Shown: positions 18,070 through 27,764 of the stretch, in pieces
Numbering within the stretch: the first letter of the stretch is position 1
Layout of the letters: each line of letters begins with the position of its first letter
Origin: Candidatus Omnitrophica bacterium UBA6215
Lineage (GTDB): Bacteria > Omnitrophota > Gorgyraeia > Pluralincolimonadales > Pluralincolimonadaceae
NCBI GenBank assembly: GCA_002421665.1
Contig: DISH01000005.1
Coordinates: 14,092 to 78,091 of the forward strand
Length of the DNA: 64,000 nucleotides
Direction: 5' to 3'
Notes under the pieces: model-generated
Database searches by the model: none
Told to the model about the DNA's origin: nothing
Seen by the model: only the letters and a program-made list of their open reading frames with translations
Made by a program: the position numbers and the translations under genes

Positions 18070-18627
18070 ATGGTAGAAAAGCTAAAAAAGAACTTACGAG
18101 ATAAGATCCTTAGCAAACTAAAAATCCAAAAGGAGGAAGAAAGGCATAGTAGGAGCCTCGCTATAAAAAGGAGGCTTTTGTTGTTGCCCTCGTTCAGAAG
18201 GGCAAACGTTATAATGTTTTACGTCTCGAAAGACGGCGAAGTCGATACGATGCCTATGATCGAGGCGGCTTTGGAACGTGGTAAGGTGGTTTTGGTGCCG
18301 GTCATTAAAGCGAGAAAGAATAAAATGGTGGTATCCGAAATAATGGATCCCGATAAAGATCTGGTTAGAGGCCCTTACGGAATTTATCAGCCTAAGGCGC
18401 ATTTTGAGGTTTTTCATCCGCGTTCGATAGATCTTGCCGTAGTTCCCGGGGTTGCCTTCGACGAGAAGGGTAACCGCCTGGGTCGCGGTAAAGGCTATTA
18501 CGATAAATTCCTTACCAGGCTCCGCCCCGGAGTCCCCACGGTGGGCCTTGCGTTCAAATTCCAGGTTGTCAGGAAATTACCCACCCTTTCTCACGATAAG
18601 CCCGTCACGAAACTTCTTACCGCATAA
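18070..18627 (+). CDS. 5-formyltetrahydrofolate cyclo-ligase
   Basis: VPGVAFDEKGNRLGRGKGYYDKFL signature. Confidence 0.85.
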   Translation: MVEKLKKNLRDKILSKLKIQKEEERHSRSLAIKRRLLLLPSFRRANVIMFYVSKDGEVDTMPMIEAALERGKVVLVPVIKARKNKMVVSEIMDPDKDLVRGPYGIYQPKAHFEVFHPRSIDLAVVPGVAFDEKGNRLGRGKGYYDKFLTRLRPGVPTVGLAFKFQVVRKLPTLSHDKPVTKLLTA

Positions 18628-18666
18628 CACTGATATAGCCAGGTTTTACACAAAGGGGGAACAAAG

Positions 18667-20229
18667 ATGAACGGTGTTCTATCTATCGTCCTCTGGCTTG
18701 TTATTCTTGCGGTCGGAGGCTTATTAGGTTTTGTGGCAAGGAAGACGTATGCCGAGAAGAAGGTCCAGTCCGCCGAAGAGAGAGCCAAGCTCATTATCGA
18801 CGAGGCCGAGAAAAAGGTCCAGGAGAAGAGGAAAGAAGTCGAGCTCGAGTCGAAAGAGCTGCTCCATAATATAAGGGCTGATTTCGAGAAAGAGACGAAG
18901 GACAGGCGCGCTGAACTCCTTAACATGGAGAAACGCCTTATCCAGCGTGAAGAGAACCTCGACAAAAAGGTCGAGGTGATGGACAAGAAAGAAAAAGAAC
19001 TTACCGAAAAACTCAAGGAACTTTCCGGCAAAGAGCAGAAGCTCCATTCCATGGAAGAGGAATATAAGGTGATGTTGGCCGAAGAGAAGGACAGGCTCCA
19101 GAGGGTATCGGGCCTGACCGCCGAGGAGGCGAAGAAGCTGCTGCTTGCCAGGATGGAAGAGGATGTCAAGCAGGAAGCCGGCCTTATGATAAAGAAGATC
19201 GAGGAAGAGACGAAGCAGGAAGCCGACAAGAAAGCCCGTGAGATACTGGCTACGGCCATCCAGAGGTGCGCTGTAGAACATACGGTCGAATCGACGGTCT
19301 CGGTAGTGAACCTGCCTAATGACGAGATGAAAGGCAGGATAATCGGACGAGAAGGCCGTAATATAAGGGCCCTTGAAATGGCCACGGGAATAGATGTTAT
19401 TATAGACGACACCCCTGAGGCGGTCATCCTTTCCGGTTTCGACCCCGTTAAAAGGGAAGTGGCGCGTATAGCATTGACCCGCCTGATGGAAGACGGAAGG
19501 ATACATCCGGGCAGGATCGAGGAGATAGTCGAGAAGGTCAAGAAGGAGATGGAAGTATCCATCAAGGAAGCCGGTGAACAGGCTGTATTCGAAGTGGGCA
19601 TACGCAATATGCATCCTGAGCTTATAAAGATGCTCGGAAAACTGAAATACAGGACATCATATGGCCAGAACGTCCTTGACCACCTCAAGGAAGCTGCATT
19701 CATCATGGGGACCATGGCCAATGAACTTGGCCTGGACGCCCAGCTGGCAAAGCGCATAGGAATGTTGCACGATATAGGAAAAGCCGTAAGCCACGAAGTG
19801 GAAGGCGCACATCCGAAACTCGGCGCCGAGATGGCGAAGAAATACGGCGAGAACGAACTGGTCATCAACGCGATAGAAGGCCACCACGGCGAGATAGCTC
19901 CTATATCGATATACACGGTGCTCTCGAGCGCGGCCGATGCCGTATCGGGGGCCAGGCCCGGGGCCAGGCGCGAGACCCTCGAGACCTACATAAAGAGGCT
20001 CGAGAAACTTGAGGAGATAGCCGATTCGTTCAAGGGAGTCGACAAGGCATATGCCATACAGGCCGGACGCGAGGTAAGGGTCATCGTCGAGCCTACAAAG
20101 ATAACCGATGCCCAGGCAACCGTCCTTTCGCGCGAGATCAAGAAGAAGATAGAGGAAGGAATGGAATATCCCGGACAGATAAAGATCACCGTGATACGCG
20201 AGACACGCGCCATAGAATACGCGAAATAG
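18667..20229 (+). CDS. rny: ribonuclease Y
   Basis: N-terminal TM helix, coiled-coil region, KH domain ([15 protein letters not shown]), HD domain (HDIGKA...H). Glu/Lys-rich, which explains the long spurious antisense ORFs. Confidence 0.9.
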   Translation: MNGVLSIVLWLVILAVGGLLGFVARKTYAEKKVQSAEERAKLIIDEAEKKVQEKRKEVELESKELLHNIRADFEKETKDRRAELLNMEKRLIQREENLDKKVEVMDKKEKELTEKLKELSGKEQKLHSMEEEYKVMLAEEKDRLQRVSGLTAEEAKKLLLARMEEDVKQEAGLMIKKIEEETKQEADKKAREILATAIQRCAVEHTVESTVSVVNLPNDEMKGRIIGREGRNIRALEMATGIDVIIDDTPEAVILSGFDPVKREVARIALTRLMEDGRIHPGRIEEIVEKVKKEMEVSIKEAGEQAVFEVGIRNMHPELIKMLGKLKYRTSYGQNVLDHLKEAAFIMGTMANELGLDAQLAKRIGMLHDIGKAVSHEVEGAHPKLGAEMAKKYGENELVINAIEGHHGEIAPISIYTVLSSAADAVSGARPGARRETLETYIKRLEKLEEIADSFKGVDKAYAIQAGREVRVIVEPTKITDAQATVLSREIKKKIEEGMEYPGQIKITVIRETRAIEYAK

Positions 20230-20233
20230 AAGA

Positions 20234-21016
20234 ATGAACATACTGTTTATAGGTGATATAGTCGGTAATCCCGGCCGTGATGCCGTGAAATCGCTGCTCC
20301 CTGCTATCAGGAAAAGGGAGAAGATAGATTTTATCATAGCGAATTCCGAGAACGCGGCCGGAGGAGCCGGCATAACGCCGGATATAGCCGATGAGATTCT
20401 TGGCATGGGTATAGACGTGCTGACTAACGGCGACCACGTTTGGGACAGGAAAGAGATAGCGGAAGGTTTTGAAAAGGAACCGAGGATATTGCGCCCCCTG
20501 AATTACGGCGAATTCGCGCCAGGCAAGGGCTCGATCATACTTGGCACGAAATCCGGGGCCAAAGTCGGCGTGATAAGCTTGGTTGGCCGCGTGTTCATGC
20601 AGGCGGTAGAATGCCCTTTCAAGACCGCACTGGCGGAGGCGGAAAAGTTAAGGAAAGAGACCCCCGTCATCATAGTCGATATGCACGCGGAAGCCACCTC
20701 TGAAAAAGTGGCCCTTTGCTATTATCTTGACGGTATGGTCACGGCGATATGCGGCACCCACACTCACATACAGACGGCGGATGAGAGGTTGTTCAAGAAG
20801 GGCACGGCGTTTATTTCCGATGCCGGAATGACCGGACCTTTCGATTCCGTCCTTGGCAGGAAGACCGAACAGGTGATAAGGCGTTTTATTACGGGTTTGC
20901 CGACCAGGTTCGAGGTGGCAGATTCCGATATCCAGCTGCAGGGTGTTATGATCTCTTGTGACGAAAAGACCGGGAAGGCGCTTTCAATAAAAAGGGTGCA
21001 GGAAAAGCTCTCTTGA
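20234..21016 (+). CDS. YmdB-like metallophosphoesterase (TIGR00282 family, 2',3'-cNMP phosphodiesterase)
   Basis: MNILFIGDIVGNPGR N-terminus. The conserved rny-ymdB gene pair. Confidence 0.85.
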   Translation: MNILFIGDIVGNPGRDAVKSLLPAIRKREKIDFIIANSENAAGGAGITPDIADEILGMGIDVLTNGDHVWDRKEIAEGFEKEPRILRPLNYGEFAPGKGSIILGTKSGAKVGVISLVGRVFMQAVECPFKTALAEAEKLRKETPVIIVDMHAEATSEKVALCYYLDGMVTAICGTHTHIQTADERLFKKGTAFISDAGMTGPFDSVLGRKTEQVIRRFITGLPTRFEVADSDIQLQGVMISCDEKTGKALSIKRVQEKLS

Positions 21017-22233
21017 TGGATTCCGGAAGGCTTGTCTATTCAGTTACACAGCTTACCAGGGAGATAAAGCTCGTACTTGAGGGCGCATTTGCGCAGGTTT
21101 GGGTCGAGGGCGAGATCTCCAACTTCAAGCTGCATTCCTCAGGCCACATGTATTTCGCGCTTAAGGACCAGGAGTCGGTCATACAGTGCGCTTTTTTTAA
21201 AGGATCCAATCAGTCGGTAAAGTTCCAGATGAAAGACGGCCTTAAGGTCCTGTGTTTCGGAAGGGTGGGTTTCTACAATAAGACCGGCCAGGCCCAGCTT
21301 TATGTCGAAAGGGCCGAACCTAAAGGCGTAGGCGAGCTCCAGCTTGCTTACGAACAGCTTAAGGAAAAATTACAGAAAGAAGGATTGTTCGACGAAGGGC
21401 ATAAAGTCCCTATACCTATGCTGCCTTCGAAGATAGGTATCGTTACTTCCCCCACGGGAGCGGTCATACGCGATATCCTGCATGTGCTAAGCAGGAGGTT
21501 TAACGATATCGAAGTGCTTATATACCCTGTCAAGGTCCAGGGCGACGGGGCTTCCGGTGAGATAGCCGCTGCGATAAACTATTTTAACGGCATGAAGGAT
21601 GTAGACGTTATGATAGTTGCCAGAGGAGGCGGAAGTATCGAGGACCTCTGGGCATTTAACGAGGAAGCCGTAGCCAGGGCCATATACGATTCCCGGGTAC
21701 CGGTTATATCGGCAATAGGCCATGAGGTGGATTATACGATAGCGGATTTTGTTGCCGATCTGAGAGCCCCCACCCCGTCGGCGGCTGCAGAACTTGTGAT
21801 ACTCAGGAAAGATGAATTGCTCGACAGGATCGAAGGTCTTGTTAAAGACCTCAAAGTCTCACTGGACGGGGCCGTCTCTTATTACGAGAACAGGCTGTCG
21901 GACCTTTCCGGAAGCCCGGCGTTCAAGTATCCTTTTGAAGCCATAGACAGATACGGACAGGAGATTGACGACCTGAAAAGATCACGCGACAGTAATTTTG
22001 TGCATGGGCTGCAGATAAGGTCCGAGAGGTTGAATTCATTTGTAGGCAGGCTTGAAGCCCTTTCACCTTTATCGATACTCAGGAGAGGCTACAGCATAAC
22101 CGTCAGCGCGGAAAAGAAAGAAGTATTAAGGAGTGTCAAAGGGATAAAACGCGGTGATATAATAGAGACAAGGATCGCCGGGGGCAGGATAATAAGCGAG
22201 GTGAAAGATGCCGTTAAGGAGGATGTCAGATGA
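21013..22233 (+). CDS. xseA: exodeoxyribonuclease VII large subunit
   Basis: OB-fold N-terminus VWVEGEISNFKLHSSGHMYFALKD. Overlaps the ymdB-like stop by 4 nt. Confidence 0.9.
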   Translation: MMDSGRLVYSVTQLTREIKLVLEGAFAQVWVEGEISNFKLHSSGHMYFALKDQESVIQCAFFKGSNQSVKFQMKDGLKVLCFGRVGFYNKTGQAQLYVERAEPKGVGELQLAYEQLKEKLQKEGLFDEGHKVPIPMLPSKIGIVTSPTGAVIRDILHVLSRRFNDIEVLIYPVKVQGDGASGEIAAAINYFNGMKDVDVMIVARGGGSIEDLWAFNEEAVARAIYDSRVPVISAIGHEVDYTIADFVADLRAPTPSAAAELVILRKDELLDRIEGLVKDLKVSLDGAVSYYENRLSDLSGSPAFKYPFEAIDRYGQEIDDLKRSRDSNFVHGLQIRSERLNSFVGRLEALSPLSILRRGYSITVSAEKKEVLRSVKGIKRGDIIETRIAGGRIISEVKDAVKEDVR

Positions 22234-22469
22234 GCACTGAGATGAAATTTGAGGACGCTTTGAAGAAACTCGAAAAGATAGTCGCGGATCTTGAGTCCGG
22301 CGAACTGTCCCTCGATGATTCCTTAAAAAAATATGAAGAAGGGATAAAGCTTTCCCAGTTCTGCTCCAAGAAACTGGACGCGGCGCGCAGGAAAGTGGAA
22401 GTCCTTGTAAAAAGCGGATCCGGCAAACTCGAGGCGAAGGCTTTCAACGAAAAAGAACTGGAGGGATAA
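22230..22469 (+). CDS. xseB: exodeoxyribonuclease VII small subunit
   Basis: 79 aa, FEDALKKLEKIV..LESGELSLDDSLKKYEEG. Confidence 0.9.
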   Translation: MSTEMKFEDALKKLEKIVADLESGELSLDDSLKKYEEGIKLSQFCSKKLDAARRKVEVLVKSGSGKLEAKAFNEKELEG

Positions 22470-23284
22470 TGGGCATCTCCGGTTACCTGAAGAGCAGGCA
22501 GAAACTGGTCGACGCGGCGCTTGATTCCTGTCTCCCCCGCGAGAACGAGTACCCCAAAGAAATACACAAGGCTATGAGGTATTCTGTCTTTTCAGGCGGG
22601 AAGAGGGTCAGGCCCATACTTGTGTTGGCGTCGTGCGAGGCTTGCGGAGGGAAGACCGGCGATGCCATGATACCGGCCTGCGCCATAGAGCTGATGCATA
22701 CATATTCGCTGGTGCATGACGACCTTCCTTCCATGGATGACGATGATTACAGGAGGGGCAAGCCGACATGCCACAAGAAGTTCGGGGAAGGTATAGCCGT
22801 ACTGGCCGGGGACGCTTTATTGACATTCGCTTTTGAGCTTTTAGCCGGCGGCAAGGATGTAAAAGCGAACAATGCCGTAATCAAGGCTGCTTCCGAAGGG
22901 ATAGGCACTTACGGAATGATAGGCGGCCAGGTTGTGGATATCTTGAACCAGCCGGACCCGGACCTTCCTACCCTGACTTACATAAATGCCCGAAAGACAG
23001 GCGCTCTTATAGCCGCTTCATGCAGGATAGGGGCTTTAGCTGCCCGCGCCTCAAGGAAACAAGCGGATGCGTTGACAAGATATGGTGAATATATCGGCTT
23101 TACCTTTCAGGTCGTAGATGATATATTAGATAAAGAAGGCTTTGCCCTGGCCCTGGGTGTGGATGGGGCCAAAAAGGAAGCTTCCAGGCTCATCAAAAAG
23201 GCCCACAAAGAGATCGAGTTGTTCGGTCGCAAGGCTAAACCCCTTGGAGATCTGGCCGATTTCATCCTGAACCGCAAAAAATAA
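22469..23284 (+). CDS. ispA: (2E,6E)-farnesyl diphosphate synthase / polyprenyl synthetase
   Basis: First DDxxD motif LVHDDLPSMDDDDYRRG and second DDILD motif. Confidence 0.85.
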   Translation: MGISGYLKSRQKLVDAALDSCLPRENEYPKEIHKAMRYSVFSGGKRVRPILVLASCEACGGKTGDAMIPACAIELMHTYSLVHDDLPSMDDDDYRRGKPTCHKKFGEGIAVLAGDALLTFAFELLAGGKDVKANNAVIKAASEGIGTYGMIGGQVVDILNQPDPDLPTLTYINARKTGALIAASCRIGALAARASRKQADALTRYGEYIGFTFQVVDDILDKEGFALALGVDGAKKEASRLIKKAHKEIELFGRKAKPLGDLADFILNRKK

Positions 23285-25185
23285 TGTATAAAATACTAGA
23301 TTCCATAAATTCTCCGCAGGACCTTAGGATATTATCGAGGGATGAGCGCGAGCTTCTTGTAAGCGAGATACGCGATTTCATCGTAAATACCATATCCAAG
23401 ACGGGAGGCCATCTTGCGCCAAGCCTGGGCGCGGTGGAAATAATCGTAGCGCTTCATTATTGCCTTAATACCCCTTACGACAAGATACTTTGGGACGTCG
23501 GGCACCAGGCATATGCGCATAAGATATTGACCGGCAGGCGCGAGAGATTCGGGACCATACGCCAATTAGGGGGGCTTAGCGGTTTTCCGAATGTTTCCGA
23601 AAGCGAATACGATACATTTACCGTAGGGCATGGTTCCACGTCGATATCGTCCGCTCTCGGGATGGCGAAAGCGAGGGACATAACGGGCGAATCCTATAAG
23701 GTGGTGGCGGTCATAGGCGACGGCTCCCTGGTCGGCGGTATGGCGCTTGAAGCCCTCAACGATGCAGGGCACAGCAAGACCAATATGCTCATCATCCTGA
23801 ATGATAACGAGATGTCTATAGCCCCGTCCGTAGGCGCTTTTTCCAAGTATCTTAATAAAATATTGATAAATCCGACATATAACAAGATACACAAGGACAT
23901 GGAAGGGCTCATAAAGAGGGTGCCGTGGTACGGTTTCAGGGTTTACAGGGCAGCGAAAAAGCTTGAAGAGAGCATGAAGGGCCTGCTGATACCCGGGATG
24001 CTTTTTGAGGAGCTTGGGCTCAGGTATATAGGTCCTGTCGACGGTAATAATCTTGAAGAGCTGATAACTACCATAGATAAAGCGATCCGCCTTGACGGGC
24101 CGATACTCATACACGCCCTTACGAAGAAAGGCAAAGGTTACCAGCTTGCCGAAAAACATCCTGAAAAATTTCACGGTACGGCGCCTTTTGATATTGAGAC
24201 CGGAGAGGTCCGCGGTTCAAAGACCGGAGGGGCGAGATCATTTACCGAGACATTCTCCGAATCGATAATAGAATTGGCTGCTTCTAACCAGAAGATAGCC
24301 GCAGTAACGGCAGCTATGCCGGAAGGCACGGGGCTGGATGCTTTCCAAAAGGCATATCCGAACCGATTCTTCAACGTAGGCATGGCCGAGCAGCATGCGG
24401 TCACATTTGCCGCGGGGCTGGCGAAAGGCGGACTTGTGCCGGTCGTAGCGATATATTCGACTTTTATGCAACGTTCATATGACCAGATAATCCATGACGT
24501 ATGCCTACAGGGCCTGCATGTGGTTTTTTGCCTGGACAGGGCCGGGCTTGTAGGCGAGGACGGGGCGACCCATCACGGGCTTTTTGATGCAGCATACCTG
24601 CGCCATATGCCGAACATGGTACTCATGGCCCCGAAGGACCAGGCCGAGCTGAAAGACATGCTCGATTTCGCAGTGAATAAATGTTCCGGTCCCGTTGCCA
24701 TAAGATACCCCAGGGGCAAGGTAACGGCCCCTCCCGTTCTCGAGACAAATGCCCCGGTCTCTCTCGGTAAGTCGGAGGTCATGTCCAAGGAGGGGGAAGT
24801 TGCCATATTGGCTGTCGGTTCTATGGTCTGGCCTGCGTGCGCCGCGGCAGGCCTCTTATTCAGCGAAGGGATAAAAACTTCGCTGGTCAACGTGAGATTC
24901 ATCAAGCCGCTGGACGAAGACCTTCTAAGGAGCCTCGCGGCAAAGACAAAGAAATTCGTTACCCTTGAAGAAGGCGTGCTTGAGGGCGGGTTCGGCAGTG
25001 CAGTCCTCGAATTTTTTGACAAAGAAAAGATGGGGGATATTTCCGTCAAGATGATAGGCTTACCCTCGAAGTTCATAGAACACGGCAAGAAAGACGAATT
25101 ATTCAAGATCTACGGGCTTGATGCTCAGGGGATAGCCTCGGAGATAAAGAAGATGTTTTCCAAGGGAAAGGCGGTCAAGGTCTGA
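23284..25185 (+). CDS. dxs: 1-deoxy-D-xylulose-5-phosphate synthase
   Basis: 633 aa. TPP-binding GDG...N motif (IGDGSLVGGMALEALNDAG), transketolase-like central and C-terminal domains. Confidence 0.9.
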   Translation: MYKILDSINSPQDLRILSRDERELLVSEIRDFIVNTISKTGGHLAPSLGAVEIIVALHYCLNTPYDKILWDVGHQAYAHKILTGRRERFGTIRQLGGLSGFPNVSESEYDTFTVGHGSTSISSALGMAKARDITGESYKVVAVIGDGSLVGGMALEALNDAGHSKTNMLIILNDNEMSIAPSVGAFSKYLNKILINPTYNKIHKDMEGLIKRVPWYGFRVYRAAKKLEESMKGLLIPGMLFEELGLRYIGPVDGNNLEELITTIDKAIRLDGPILIHALTKKGKGYQLAEKHPEKFHGTAPFDIETGEVRGSKTGGARSFTETFSESIIELAASNQKIAAVTAAMPEGTGLDAFQKAYPNRFFNVGMAEQHAVTFAAGLAKGGLVPVVAIYSTFMQRSYDQIIHDVCLQGLHVVFCLDRAGLVGEDGATHHGLFDAAYLRHMPNMVLMAPKDQAELKDMLDFAVNKCSGPVAIRYPRGKVTAPPVLETNAPVSLGKSEVMSKEGEVAILAVGSMVWPACAAAGLLFSEGIKTSLVNVRFIKPLDEDLLRSLAAKTKKFVTLEEGVLEGGFGSAVLEFFDKEKMGDISVKMIGLPSKFIEHGKKDELFKIYGLDAQGIASEIKKMFSKGKAVKV

Positions 25186-25397
25186 TGCCCAGAATAACCA
25201 TTGACAGGGACGCATGCAAAGGCTGCGGCCTATGCTCCATAAATTGCCCCGAGAAACTTATCGTAATAGACGAGACACTTAATGTCCGAGGCGTCCATCC
25301 GGCTAAATTCATCGGCCAGGAAGACCCGGACAAGTGTAAGGGATGTAAAATGTGCGCTATAATGTGCCCCGAGGTGTGCATAGAGGTGTTCAAATAA
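25185..25397 (+). CDS. 2-oxoacid:ferredoxin oxidoreductase delta subunit (2x[4Fe-4S] ferredoxin)
   Basis: Two CxxCxxCxxxCP clusters (CKGCGLCSINCP, CKGCKMCAIMCP). Start overlaps the dxs stop (TGATG). Confidence 0.85.
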   Translation: MPRITIDRDACKGCGLCSINCPEKLIVIDETLNVRGVHPAKFIGQEDPDKCKGCKMCAIMCPEVCIEVFK

Positions 25398-26488
25398 TGG
25401 CAAAGATCATGATGTGCGGTAATGAGGTGATAGGAGAGGCCGCAGTGCATGCAGGCTGCACTTTTTATGCGGGATACCCTATAACTCCCCAGAACGAGCT
25501 TACGCATTATATGTCCTTCAGGATGCAGGAAGCCGGAGGGACTTTTATACAGGCCGAATCCGAACTTGCCGCAATAAACCTTGTCTTTGGGGCGGCCGCT
25601 GCCGGAGCCAGGGCCATGACATCGAGTTCCAGTCCCGGGATAAGCCTGAAGCAGGAAGGGATATCCTACATGGCGGCGTGTCAGCTGCCCGCGGTCATTG
25701 TTAACATGATGCGCGGCGGCCCCGGGCTCGGGAACATAGCCCCGTCCCAGGCCGATTATTTCCAGGCGACGCGCGGCGGAGGCCATGGGGATTACAGGAC
25801 AATAGTTCTTGCTCCATCAACGGTGGAAGAAGCCTGGGACCTGACGCATCTTGCTTTTGACCTCGCCGATGAGTACAGGACTCCTGTGATGATATTGGGC
25901 GACGGCATACTCGGCCAGATGATGGAGCCTGTTGAGGCCGTAAGGCGACACCTGCACGGGAAAGGAACGGGGCTCAACCCGAACAAGCCCTGGGCCCTGA
26001 CCGGATGCAAAGGCAGAAAACCGAATGTGATCAAGTCACTTTTACTCGGGGAAGGCGAACTTGAGGAGCTCAACCGCATATTGCAGATAAAATACGGCAA
26101 GATAGAATCAAAAGAACCCCGCTTCGAGTCCCTTTATACGGAAGATTCCGATCTTGTCATAGTCGCTTACGGGACTACCAGCAGGATAGTCCGCTCCGCC
26201 ATTTCGAAGGCAAGACGCGAGCATTTGCACGTCGGTATGTTCAGGCCTGTAACGCTATGGCCTTTTCCGGAGACGCAACTCCAGAAATTGGCCAGAAAGA
26301 CAAAGGCATTCCTGGTAGTGGAGATGAGCGCCGGACAGATGGTCGAAGACGTCAGATTATCCATTCTCGGGCAGAGGCCCATACATTTCCACGGGAGGGC
26401 AGGCGGAGGCGTGCCTACCGAGGAGACGATAGTCGAGATGATAAGGGATATACTCAAGCCCAGGTCAAAGAAGAGAGTCTACGCATGA
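25397..26488 (+). CDS. 2-oxoacid:ferredoxin oxidoreductase alpha subunit
   Basis: MAKIMMCGNEVIGEAAVHAGC..YAGYPITPQNE N-terminus typical of POR/KOR alpha. The track ORF start 25352 overlaps the ferredoxin gene and is rejected. Confidence 0.85.
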   Translation: MAKIMMCGNEVIGEAAVHAGCTFYAGYPITPQNELTHYMSFRMQEAGGTFIQAESELAAINLVFGAAAAGARAMTSSSSPGISLKQEGISYMAACQLPAVIVNMMRGGPGLGNIAPSQADYFQATRGGGHGDYRTIVLAPSTVEEAWDLTHLAFDLADEYRTPVMILGDGILGQMMEPVEAVRRHLHGKGTGLNPNKPWALTGCKGRKPNVIKSLLLGEGELEELNRILQIKYGKIESKEPRFESLYTEDSDLVIVAYGTTSRIVRSAISKARREHLHVGMFRPVTLWPFPETQLQKLARKTKAFLVVEMSAGQMVEDVRLSILGQRPIHFHGRAGGGVPTEETIVEMIRDILKPRSKKRVYA

Positions 26489-27219
26489 AAAAGATATTTG
26501 AACGCCCCGCGTCATTGAAGAACGTCCCGACACATTATTGTTCCGGATGCGGCCACAGCATCGTTCACAGACTTTTATGCGAAGTTATAGATGAACTTGG
26601 CATACGTGAAGACGTTATAGCCGTTTGCCCGGTAGGGTGCGCGGTAATAGCTTATGAATATTGGGATTTCGATTGTTCGGAGGCTCCGCACGGCAGGACG
26701 CCTTGCGTGGCGACCGGGATAAAACGTACCCATCCGGATAAAATCGTCTTTAGTTACCAGGGAGACGGGGACCTTGCCGCGATAGGTACTTCCGAAATAA
26801 TACACACGGCCAATAGGGGCGAGAATATAACCGTGTTCTTCATTAACAACGGTGTCTATGGGATGACCAACGGGCAGATGGCCCCTACCACCCTTATAGG
26901 GCAGAAGACATCGACCTCAATAAAGGGCCGTGATCCGGTCAGGGACGGCTACCCCATAAAAATGTCGGAACTGTTAGCGCAGCTTCCGGGGGCCAAATAT
27001 ATAGAAAGGGTTACGGTCAGCAACCCGGCCAATATTTTAAAGGCAAAGGCGGCCATAAGGAAAGCCTTGAAGAACCAGATGGAGGGGAAGGGGTTCTCGC
27101 TGGTGGAAGTGCTATCCCCGTGCCCGACATACTGGGGTCTTTCTCCGAAGGACGCCTACAGGCGCATAGATGACGAGCTGACAAAACATTTCCCGCTGGG
27201 AGTGATAAAGGATATTTAG
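26485..27219 (+). CDS. 2-oxoacid:ferredoxin oxidoreductase beta subunit (TPP-binding)
   Basis: HYCSGCGHSIVHRL and GDGD..AIG TPP motif. Internal start MKKIF at 26485 overlaps the alpha stop (ATGA). The track ORF 26257 start is rejected. Confidence 0.85.
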   Translation: MKKIFERPASLKNVPTHYCSGCGHSIVHRLLCEVIDELGIREDVIAVCPVGCAVIAYEYWDFDCSEAPHGRTPCVATGIKRTHPDKIVFSYQGDGDLAAIGTSEIIHTANRGENITVFFINNGVYGMTNGQMAPTTLIGQKTSTSIKGRDPVRDGYPIKMSELLAQLPGAKYIERVTVSNPANILKAKAAIRKALKNQMEGKGFSLVEVLSPCPTYWGLSPKDAYRRIDDELTKHFPLGVIKDI

Positions 27220-27220
27220 A

Positions 27221-27763
27221 ATGAAAGAAGAGATAATATTTGCCGGTTTCGGAGGACAGGGAATAATGGTCATGGGCAAGGTGCTTGCCTGGGCCGCCAT
27301 GAAAGAGGGCCTTAAGGTTACCTGGATGCCTTCATACGGCGCAGAAGTGCGCGGAGGGACGGCCCATTCCATGGTAGTGATCTCGGATGAAATGGTCCCT
27401 TCCCCGGTAATATCGAGCCCTACCGCCTGCGTTGTAATGAACAGGCCTTCCATGGACAGGTATGAAGACACGATTACACCTTCAGGGACCCTCGTGATGA
27501 ACGCCACGCTTATAGACAGGAGCCCTTCCCGTAACGATATAGATGTCCTCAGGATTCCTGCCACGGAAATGGCCACGGATATGGGCAACACGCGTTGCGC
27601 GAACATGATAGTTCTCGGGGCCCTTAACGCCAAGCTAAAGATAGTATCCATGAGAGCCCTTATCGATGCCCTTAAGGACGTCATATCGCCTGACAAGCAG
27701 GACCTTATACCTATAAATGAAGAGGCGCTGAAAGAAGGCGCGCGTCTCGTAGCGAGGCAGTGA
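27221..27763 (+). CDS. 2-oxoacid:ferredoxin oxidoreductase gamma subunit
   Basis: IIFAGFGGQGIMVMGKVLAWAAMKEGLKVTWMPSYGAEVRGG. Confidence 0.85.
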   Translation: MKEEIIFAGFGGQGIMVMGKVLAWAAMKEGLKVTWMPSYGAEVRGGTAHSMVVISDEMVPSPVISSPTACVVMNRPSMDRYEDTITPSGTLVMNATLIDRSPSRNDIDVLRIPATEMATDMGNTRCANMIVLGALNAKLKIVSMRALIDALKDVISPDKQDLIPINEEALKEGARLVARQ

Positions 27764-27764
27764 A

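Noticed and set aside
18591-19916. 441-aa and 296-aa ORFs on the minus strand antisense to rny
   Set aside because: Ser/Leu/Phe-rich low-complexity translation with no motifs. They arise because the sense gene is rich in GAA/GAG/AAG codons whose complements lack stops. The sense rny call is unambiguous.
25352-25396. Upstream extensions of OFOR alpha (25352), OFOR beta (26257), TPR protein (28898) and GH (50261) ORFs
   Set aside because: Each extension overlaps the preceding conserved gene in another frame. Internal ATGs coincide with conserved N-termini and ATGA/TGATG coupling junctions.
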